Shown here piece after piece: positions 53,454 to 63,220 of a stretch of DNA of 64,000 bases. Position numbers and translations under genes: made by a program. The number at the start of each line of letters is the position of its first letter. The stretch's first letter is position 1. The notes below the pieces were generated by a model. It saw only the letters and a list, made by a program, of their open reading frames with translations. It ran no database searches and was not told the DNA's origin. Origin of the DNA: Phyllobates terribilis (Eukaryota); the NCBI RefSeq assembly GCF_046119375.1, contig NW_027362761.1, positions 883,252,001-883,316,000 of the forward strand. The letters run 5' to 3'.

Positions 53454-53725
53454 TAATTTGAATGAATACACTTTAAATCCATTTACAAGGATCTATTGGA
53501 GGGCAAGTCTCATGTCAGCAGCCGCGTAATTCCAGCTCCAGTAGCGTCCACTAAAGCTGCTGCAGTTAAAAAGCTTTTATAAGGATCGAGCTCGGCTGTC
53601 CACCGCAAGGCATCCTAGTGCCAGTCCCAGCCCCTATGCCTTGGGGTGCCTCCTGATGCTCTTCACTAAGTATCCCGTGGTCCCGAAGCATTTCCTTTGA
53701 AAAAATTAAGTGTCCAAACTACAGG
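53454..53725 (+). pseudogene. Degenerate 18S rRNA-derived fragment within hAT copy C
   Basis: Same as 48370-48603 and continues gaagcatttcctttgaaaaaattaagtgtccaaa (18S GAAGCGTTTACTTTGAAAAAATTAGAGTGTTCAAA). Confidence 0.9.
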
Positions 53726-53829
53726 TGGTGTAGCTTGCTTAACAGCCGGGATAATCCGCTGACTAGCAGACACTGCTACTAGGCACAAAGTATTTCCTGG
53801 GCTAGATGCAGTTAAAAATTTGTAAGTAG

Positions 53830-55636
53830 ATACTCTCGTTGGATGCTGAGAAAGCATTCCATAGAGTCTCCTGGCACGCCATATATGATTCTCTTAAAAA
53901 GCTTGGGGTAGGGGTCTAGGGGACCCTTTTATAGCCAAAATCACGGCCCTGTATCACAATACGTCACCTAGGCTGAAGATAAATGGAACTGTAGCACCGA
54001 GGGCTCGGTTGCTACAGACGTATTGCACCTCACCCAGAGGTGTGATATCTCACTCTCAGATAAGGATGGAGTGTGGATCAGGACCCGACACCTGCATGCA
54101 TTACACCACATTGCCGTGGGGCAGGGCGACCAATATGCCCCTGAGATGGGCACGACAGTCCCTGTCCCTGGCTGGAGTGGGGGGAGGGAACACTGAGGAA
54201 GGGGAACCCTGCAGTGCAGGAGCAGGGAGGAAGCAGTTCCTGGGTGCATTGAGAAGGGAGTATAAAAGGTGGGCACCATCTTAGTTCAGTGCAGAGAAGT
54301 CTGAGCAGAAGTGGCAGGGAGCAGGGGCTCTGCATGAGCTCTGCTCCGGAGGCGGGCCTAGTAACAGAGGCCCAGGCCTGCAAGAGGGAGAAGGAAGGAA
54401 GAGGAGCGGAGAAGGCTCCAGGAACGAGGAATGAAGGGATCCCAGGGGTGCGGACGGGCGAGTCGCCACCGCACGCCCGAATCCACCTGCGTGGAGGGGT
54501 CAGGCCAAAGGGGGAGACCGGTCCCCGAACTAGTGGAGGCAGGAAACGACCCTCAGCTAGAAACCGGAGGCTCTGACATTTTATGTGGCGCAGCCCCTTG
54601 CTCCACCCGCTAGGAAGGCACCACATAGGGTCAGGGAAACTGGCGCCAAGTTTACCAAGAGGAGGCCGAGGCAGCCGGACAGAAGTGTTGGTAAGAAAGG
54701 CCAGACAAAGGACACACAAAGGGTGTCCTGTGAAGCGCTCCAAAGTTATCTGGGAGTTGTCTGAGCCCCTCACCTGGTGAGCACAGTACGACGTGGGCAG
54801 CCGTTACCTGCAGACGTGGTCTGGATAATAAGAACTGTGAGTAAAGGCCCTGAACTGCATCACTGACTCCGTGTCGTTACTGCTGCTGCCCTGCACCATC
54901 ACCCCCATCCTCCGCATACACTGCCCTGAGGCTATACTCCTCCCGTGGGGAGTTATGCTACGCTCTGCTGCACCCACAACACCAGCCTTAGCGGTCTGCC
55001 CTGTAGCGGCAATCCACGGGTGGCGTAGTCGGACATTTAAACATCAAAACCACATAAATAGTTCCGCCACTGGTTTGACCGCCCTGAGCCACGGAACCGG
55101 ATCGCCGCCACGAAGACTACAACCACCAGCATCCACCAAAAAGGGTCCGGCTCCGGGTGTCCCAAGGCCCAGGGGGTGCGTCAGAACATTTTCATCACCT
55201 TTCACAATCACCAATGGGACAAGGCAGGGATGTCCTCTGTCCCCTCTCTTATACATCCTAGTGACGGAGTACCTGCTCTCATCAATTCGCCATAACCCCA
55301 ATATTAGGTGGATTGAGGTGGGAGGCACCGAGTACAAGTGCTCTCTATTTGCTGATGATGTCCTAGTATATATCACTCAATCACATATATCCATCCCTGC
55401 TGTTATGGCTGAAATAGATCACTTTGTTACATGGTAAAATTTTAAAATCAATGCAGCGAAGTCTGAGGCCCTCGATGTCTCCCTCCCTAAATCCATATAG
55501 GATTCCATCCAGTCCAACTTTCCCTTTGCCTGGCCCTCACAGGGTATCAAATACTTAGGAATTCCTATTCATAGAGACCTCTCCCATCTATGTTATCTTA
55601 ATTTTGGGCCCTTTATTGAACAATTCCATACAGACC
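53830..55636 (+). pseudogene. Internal L1/Tx1-type LINE reverse-transcriptase fragment (~610 bp native), split by a solo LTR
   Basis: LSLDAEKAFHRVSW, INGT|FSSPFTITNGTRQGCPLSP, LFADD, FKIN..KSE, KYLG; stops present; no 5' or 3' LINE end. Confidence 0.88.
53990..55183 (+). mobile_element. Solo LTR (1194 bp)
   Basis: TGTAGCACC...GGGGGTGCGTCA termini; 4-bp TSD GAAC; removal restores L1 INGTFSSPF. Confidence 0.9.
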
Positions 55637-58600
55637 ACGGTTGGCAAGTTAGAACTGTAAGATTCACTACGTGAACCACTGGTGTTTTGTGGAAAAGCAC
55701 ATGTAAGATTCTGCAACAGTCTCTGCTGATACTCCTGCATGCGTGCATCCCTTTCTATGGCAGGAATAATTTCTGCAAATTTACTTTTGTACCGGGGATC
55801 TAACAGTGTGGCAACCCAGTAGTCAGGATTATTTCTAATTCTCACAATTCGAGGGTCATGTTGCAGGTAGTGCAGCAAGAAGGCACTCATGTGTGTTGCG
55901 CATCCAGGAGCACCAAGTCCCTGTTGTGTTGGTGGCGAGGTAACAATCATGCTTCCTTCCTCTGTCCTCTCCCCCCAACCTCGCACAACAGAAATGTGAT
56001 CAAGGTCTCCCTCATCTGATGAGTCTTCCATCAGTTCGTCCTCCACTTCTTCCTGGGCTCCTGCACCTTCCTCACTAGTTTGGCTGCTACCATGCGCCCT
56101 GGTAAAATCATCTCCCCCACCCTCACATGCCTGCCGCCCTGGTGCTGCCGACCGTCTGGACCTTGCAGATGTTAGCCCTTCCGCATACAACTCCTCCTCC
56201 TCTACTTCCTCCACCTCCTCTTGTGCCACCACCTGACTCCGAATTCTGTTTAACATGTGCTCCAGCATGTAAATCACCGGAATAGTCATGCTGATAATGG
56301 CATCGTCAGCACTAAACATCTTCGTCGCCATTTCAAAACTGTGCAGAAGGGTGCATAGGTCCCTGATCTGAGACCACTCCTCCAGCGTGATTTGCCCCAC
56401 CTCTGAATCTCGTTGGCCCAGGCTATACGTCAGAACGTATTGCACCAGGGCTTGTCGGTGCTGCTACAGTCGCTGCAACATGTGCAGAGTTGAATTCCAC
56501 CGGGTAGGCACATCGCATTTTAGCCGGTGAAGTGGCAGGCCCAACGACTTCTGTAGAGATGTAAGTCGCTGAGCTGCGGGATGCGAACGGCGGAAGTGAG
56601 CACACAGCGACCGTGCCCTCTGCAGAAGGCCATCTAGTCTGGGATAGTGGGCTAAAAATTGCTGGACAACCAGGTTCAACACGTGAGCCATACAAGGCAC
56701 GTGTGTGACATTGCCCCGGCGAAGGGCCGCACCCAGGTTTGCAGCATTGTCGCACACGGCCTTCCCTGGTTTCAGGTCCAGTGGAGACAACCATTCATGA
56801 AATTGGTTCTCCAGAGCTGACCACAACTCCTCAGCTGTGTGACTCACATTTCCCAGACATTTCAATGTAAAAACCGCCTGATGACGTTGAGCCCTACTGC
56901 CAGCATAGTAAGGAGGTGTGCAGGATCCCTTCTGCGCAGTTAGAAAGCTTGTGGCATGACCAGACAGGCTTTGGGTGCAGGTGGAAGACCGAGAGGAGGT
57001 TTAGGAGGCAGAAGCAGTGGAGGAAAAATGACATAAAGAGGATTGACGCACAACTCGTGGGGACGGCAAGACTTGGACAGCAGCCCCTTGTCCTGCTGTC
57101 ACCATAGTTACCCAGTGCCCAGTCAGCGACATGTAACGCCCCTGTCCATGCCTACTCGTCCAAGTGTCTGTGGTGAAATGCACCCTGTCACACACAGAGT
57201 TTCTCAAAGAAGCGGTGATGTTGTGTGCGACATGCTGGTGGAGCGCAGGCACACCTTTCTTTGAGAAGTAGTGCCGACTGGGCATCTGGTACTGGGGCAC
57301 TGCGACGGACATAAGGTCTCGAAAATCCTCTGTGTCCACCAGGCGGAAAGGCAGCATTTCTGTAGCCAAGAGCTTGCAGATGGTGAAATTCAACCTCTTA
57401 GCTTTCTCATGGCTAGGAGGAAATGGTCTTTTACTTGTCCACATCTGAGGGACCGAGGGCTGGCTATTGTGCTTAGACGGGGTTGATAAGGGTGTCCCCG
57501 GCAAACTGCCGGTCTGTGAGGAAGATGCAGGCGGACATGTTAGGTTGCCTTGATCCAAAGGTGGTGCTATCGATGTCGGACAGCGCTCAAGACCAGCTGG
57601 TGTTACCACCTCCAAAGAAAATGATGACCTGCCAATCACGCTGGCTGTTGCGGGTAAAGAGGTGGCAGGTCTGCGCCCCAAAACAGGTGTGACTGCTGTC
57701 CCCCCAGTCACAGAGGATGAAGAGGCCGCGGATGCACAAGATATGGCAGACGGTGGTTGGCCCGGCCGGCTAGACCGCATTGTAGCACACTGAGCTTCCC
57801 ACTGCAACTTATGCTTCATGTCCATGTGCCGGTTCATGCATGAAGTACTCAAACTATGTATTTTTTGGCCTCTACTTAGCTTTTGCTGACAAATGTTACA
57901 GATAACACGAGTTGGGTCATCTTTATCGATCTGAAAAAATGCCCAGGCTATGCAAGGCTTAGCACCCATGCGACCTGAAGAGCCACCACGACTTGTGGTG
58001 AGAGGCAGAGTTGTGTTTGAGGATGCAGTTGTTGACGTGCTTCCAGTACTACGTCTCTGTCCAGGAAGGCGCAACCTGACCTCGTCGTCACTAGCATCTT
58101 CCTCCACCTCCTCTGCTGACCTCATCTCTTGGCTGACTGTGGGTTGACAGTAAGTGGGATCTCCGACCTCATCATCATCACCCTGTGCGTTATCACACCC
58201 GTCGTCCTCAGAGCCAACCTGTTCCTGCCCTGACAAAAAACTAAAGTTGTCGCTCCAATCAGGTATTTGAGTCTTATCATCGTCTTCCTCATTGTCTCCA
58301 CCAACAGGAGTTACAGTTTGGGAATGAGGGTCTACATTATGGTCAGAACCTTCTGCGTCTGGTCCTGGATCCGACTCATAAAGATTCTGGGCATCAGTGC
58401 AGATCATTTCCTCGTCTGGATTCACAGAAGCGCTGGAGTCGACCTCTGATTCCCAGGCTATAGTATGAGTAAACAGCTCTGCAGACTCAACCATCTGTTC
58501 TACCTCATACTCAGACGGGCAGCTGGAGATTTGGGAGCTGTGAGGAAGCAAGTGCGATTTGGGTGACACCTTTGAGGACTGGAGTATTTGTGATGTTGAA

Positions 58601-58863
58601 GTTGATGTGGAGGAGAGCCCACTTAAAGGAGCACTTGATATCCGTTGAAGCACCTGCTGTTTTTGTGCCTCATCTGGAATTTGTAGCGATTGGCGTGGCC
58701 GTAAGAAAGGGATCTTATCACATTGTCCGCTAAAAGAAGTAGACATTTTAGTTTGGCTGGAAGATGGTCTTTCTTCTGCACCTACCCCACGGACACAACC
58801 TTTTTTCCCCTTCCCAACACGCATATTCCCCTTTCCACCAGCAGCAGGCCTTTTTCCACTCAT
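55637..58863 (-). pseudogene. hAT transposase of copy C: one reading frame with two premature stops, C-terminally truncated
   Basis: BED finger AWAFF..C..C..CMNRHMDMKH, FTTDTWTS, VCDNAANL, CMAH, RWNST, LDPRYK; stops at 57001-57003 and 56464-56466; hATC domain and third catalytic E absent. Confidence 0.93.
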
Positions 58864-58976
58864 TTTGGTGGTTAACTAATTCACAACTCTGGAGTTGTTT
58901 GCACAAAAAAACAATGGATGGTAACCGAGCAGAGCTGAGTGGCCAAACTGTGGTATTAGGCCAAAACTATTGGCTG

Positions 58977-60803
58977 GGTTAGATGCAGAAAAAAATTATT
59001 TTTAATTTGCAACCTGATGGAGGTCAGTATAGATGGACTAATAGACCAAGTCCCACACACTGCTAGAAGCCCAAATATTTTTTCAGAGCTAAATGAAGAA
59101 AAAAATTATTTTTAATTTGCAACCTGATGGAGGTCAGTATAGATGGACTAATAGACCAAGTCCCACACACTGCTAGAAGCCCAAATATTTTTTCAGAGCT
59201 AGATGCAGAAAAAAATTATTTTTAATTTGCAACCTGATGGAGGTCAGTATAGATGGACTAATAGACCAAGTCCCACACACCGCTAGAAGCCCAAATATTT
59301 TTTCAGAGCTAGATGCAGAAAATTTTTTTATTCAATTTGCAACCTGATGGAGGTCAGTATAGATGGACTAATAGACCAAGTCCCACACACTGCTAGAAGC
59401 CCAAATATTTTTTCAGAGCTAGATGCAGAAAAAAATTATTTTTAATTTGCAACCTGATGGAGGTCAGTATAGATGGACTAATAGACCAAGTCCCACACAC
59501 CGCTAGAAGCCCAAATATTTTTTCAGAGCTAGATGCAGAAAAAAATTATATTCAATTTGCAACCTGCTGGAGGTCAGTATAGAAGGACTAATAGAACAAG
59601 TCCCACACACTGCTAGAAGCCCAAATATTTTTTCAGAGCTAAATGAAGAAAAAAATTATTTTTAATTTGCAACCTGATGGAGGTCAGTATAGATGGACTA
59701 ATAGACCAAGTCCCACACACCGCTAGAAGCCCAAATATTTTTTCAGAGCTAGATGCAGAAAAAAATTATATTCAATTTGCAACCTGCTGGACGTCAGTAT
59801 AGAAGGACTAATAGAACAAGTCCCACACACTGCTAGAAGCCCAAATATTTTTTCAGAGCTAAATGAAGAAAAAAATTATTTTTAATTTGCAACCTGATGG
59901 AGGTCAGTATAGATGGACTAATAGACCAAGTCCCACACACTGCTAGAAGCCCAAATATTTTTTCAGAGCTAGATGCAGAAAAAAATTATTTTTAATTTGC
60001 AACCTGATGGAGGTCAGTATAGATGGACTAATAGACCAAGTCCCACACACCGCTAGAAGCCCAAATATTTTTTCAGAGCTAGATGCAGAAAATTTTTTTA
60101 TTCAATTTGCAACCTGATGGAGGTCAGTATAGATGGACTAATAGACCAAGTCCCACACACTGCTAGAAGCCCAAATATTTTTTCAGAGCTAGATGGAGAA
60201 AAAAATTATTTTTAATTTGCAACCTGATGGAGGTCAGAATAGATGGACTAATAGACCAAGTCCCACACACTGCTAGAAGCCCAAATATTTTTTCAGAGCT
60301 AGATGCAGAAAAAAATTATTTTTAATTTGCAACCTGATGGAGGTCAGTATAGATGGACTAATAGACCAAGTCCCACACACTGCTAGAAGCCCAAATATTT
60401 TTTCAGAGCTAGATGCAGAAAAAAATTATTTTTAATTTGCAACCTGATGGAGGTCAGTATAGATGGACTAATAGACCAAGTCCCACACACTTCTAGAAGC
60501 CCAAATATTTTTTCAGAGCTAGATGCAGAAAAAAATTATTTTTAATTTGCAACCTGATGGAGGTCAGTATAGATGGACTAATAGACCAAGTCCCACACAC
60601 TGCTAGAAGCCCAAATATTTTTTCAGAGCTAGATGCAGAAAAAAATTATTTTTAATTTGCAACCTGATGGAGGTCAGTATAGATGGACTAATAGACCAAG
60701 TCCCACACACCGCTAGAAGCCCAAATATTTTTTCAGAGCTAGATGCAGAAAAAAATTATATTCAGTTTGCAACCTGATGGAGGTCAGTATAGATGGACTA
60801 ATA
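58977..60803. repeat. 110-bp tandem array of copy C (17 units)
   Basis: aacctg at exact 110-bp steps from 59011 to 60771. Confidence 0.95.
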
Positions 60804-61566
60804 GAATGATGCTATGCCCAAAAGATTTTACTTCACTAGGTGCAGTAAAAAAATTGGTATTCTATACACAGGTGGTATATCTTGCAACACAGATAGGCTA
60901 CTCCACTGACTAACACACTCTGCAATAGGCCAAAAAGGATTAGCTTTGCTAGATTCAGCCAAATGCTGTGAAAAAAACTTGCACAGCACTGGCACAGACC
61001 TGCCTGGCAAAAACTGATAGGAACTGATGTAACCTAGTCCTGAAAAGGACTCCAATTACAATTAGTCTTTACTCCCACAATCTATCTATTTAAGAGCACA
61101 GACCTGCCTGATAAAAGTCGTAGGAAATGCTGTAACCTAGTCCTTAAAAGGACTGCAATCACAACTATTCCCTACTCCCAAGCTATCTGTATATTTGTGC
61201 GAAAATTGGCTTGAAATTAACAAGGTATATCGCACACAGCAACAGCGGTGCCGTCTAACACGCAGCTGCAGCAGTGAGAAAATGGTGGCGACGGGGCTGT
61301 ACACTCAAACTGCGTATTAACATTAATTTTCATCATTACTGAGAAAAAATCCAGTTATGATTTTGGTGCACGAACAGTTATCGAACATAACCTCGAACAG
61401 CCGAATTTTTCTCAAATTGTTCGTGTTCGCCGACCGGCTCGAACACCGCCCAAAACAGCTCGAATTTGAGATTGGCGAACAGTTCGAGTAGAACAACGCT
61501 CATCTCTACTGGTAAGTTTGAACAGTCTTTTTCAGGCACGCAGTACCCGGTGGTTGCGGGCACGAA

Positions 61567-61584
61567 ATCCTGCCGACTACGCCA
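61567..61584 (-). promoter_or_regulatory. Primer-binding site complementary to the tRNA-Ser 3' end
   Basis: Minus strand TGGCGTAGTCGGCAGGAT, 5 nt after the 5' LTR; plus strand ATCCTGCCGACTACGCCA matches the vertebrate tRNA-Ser(AGA/TGA) 3' terminus as I recall it. Confidence 0.88.
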
Positions 61585-62657
61585 AAAGTTGACGCGCCCC
61601 TGGGCCTGTGTCGCGCTGCGTTGCGCACGCGGGAGCTTACCCGGAGCCGGATCTCTTGAGGGTTGTAGTCTCGTGGCGGTGATCCGGTCCATGCCCAGGG
61701 AGTCAGACTAAGTGGCGGTATATTAGCAGTAGATGTAGGACGACTACGCCACCCGTTGAATGCAGCTATGGAGCTGCCGCTGCAGGGCAGACCGCTGAGG
61801 CCGGTGGTAGGATAGTGCAGCGTAGATGGTATAACCCCCAACGGGAGGGGTATGGCCTCAGGGCAGCCGACGTGGATGATGGGGGTAGCAGGAACCACTC
61901 AGAGACGATGCGGTGTAGTTCAGGGTCTTTACTGGTGATAAAGATAGACCCTCCCGGAGTACTGGCTAGCCATCGGGGCCTGGTCAGTCCTTGAGCAGAT
62001 GGGATCTCCCCTGGCCAGGCGGAGTTGTAGGCCTCCCAAACTGACTGTACTCTTCTGGCTACCTTGCTAGAGGCGGGTATAAATAGCCCACGTCCCTGAG
62101 TGTACCGTGTGGTGCTCACCCGTATGGCCGGTGACTCGGGGCCTTCTAGTAGCTTCCGCTCCACAACGGCGGTGCTGGTCCCATGCGTGTGACCGTGCCT
62201 TCGGGTTTCTTGGCCAGAGGACCTGAAATCCCCTGCCTGACGGATTCTGCTGCTGGGTAGGAGTTAGTCCCCACAGCCTCGGACTCCGGGTCCGGTGATA
62301 ACTTCTCAGTCAGGGCGAGCTCTGCAGCTGCCAGCCCCTGACTCCTTGTAGCACTGCTCCCACAGAGCTCCTGTTGTTTCTTCCCATAGCTGCTTCTCTT
62401 CTCTGTCTCTACTTCTGGCATGGCCCAGGAGCTGGGCCCAGCCGGAGCCACAGCTCCCTGTCAGCCCTCCTGGCTGCACTCTCCCTCTGAACTCTCTAAC
62501 CCTGCCTCAGCCCCAGGTTTATATAGGGGAAGTTCTTCCCCTCCCAGGACTGGGCAGGAGGTGTGGCATGCATAGGATCCCTGACCAAGAGACCTCCCAC
62601 CTGCTCTCAGACATAACATTGCTGTTACTGTGGAAACCAGACCCCTGGGGTGCCACA

Positions 62658-63107
62658 CATCTACCTCTGAAAAAATATTTGGGCTTCTAGCTGTGTGTGG
62701 GACTTGTTCTATTAATCCATCTATACTGACCTCCATCAGGTTGCAAACTGAATATAATTTTTTTCTGCATCTAGCTCTGAAAAAATATTTGGCCTTCTAG
62801 TAGTGTGTGGGACTTGTTCTATTAGTCCACCTATACTGACCTCCATCAGGTTGCAAATTCAAAATAATTTTTTGTCTGCATCTAGCTCTGAAAAAATATT
62901 TGGCCTTCTAGCAGTGTGTGGGACTTTCTCTATTAGTCCATCTATACAGACCTCCATCAGGTTGCAAACTGAATAAAATTTTTTTCTGCATCTACCTCTG
63001 AAAAAATATTTGGGCTTCTAGCTGTGTGTGGGATTTGTTCTATTAGTCCATCTATACTGACCTCCATCAGGTTGCAAATTGAATATAATTTTTTTCTGCA
63101 TCTAACC
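62658..63107. repeat. 108-110-bp tandem array of copy B, right part (~4 units)
   Basis: Resumes in register after TSD CATC. Confidence 0.9.
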
Positions 63108-63220
63108 CAGCCAATAGTTTTGGCCTAATACCACAGTTTGGTCACTCAGCTCTGCTCGGTTCCCATCCATTGTTTTTTTGTGCAAACAACTCCAGAGTTG
63201 TGAATTAGTTAACCACCAAA

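Larger units (their letters stand above)
52948..61508 (-). mobile_element. hAT family-2 copy C (8561 bp), both ends present, cargo-carrying
   Basis: TAGTGTTGAGC / TAGAGATGAGC imperfect TIRs; perfect 8-bp TSD CTGGTAAG (52940-52947, 61509-61516). Confidence 0.93.
50564..62657 (-). mobile_element. Non-autonomous Gypsy-type LTR retroelement (native ~3.5 kb) containing hAT copy C
   Basis: Two 1068-bp LTRs (50564-51631, 61590-62657; TG...CA; about a dozen differences by eye), 4-bp TSD CATC, PPT AGGGGGGAA (51632-51640), tRNA-Ser PBS (61567-61584), gag fragment, no pol. Confidence 0.92.

Noticed and set aside
52441-53471. 226- and 138-aa minus-strand ORFs
   Set aside because: They cross hAT-end/LTR-leader junctions and the antisense 18S piece; spurious.
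58977-60803. CRISPR-like or centromeric array
   Set aside because: Units are contiguous with no unique spacers, the context is eukaryotic, and the array is internal to a hAT element.
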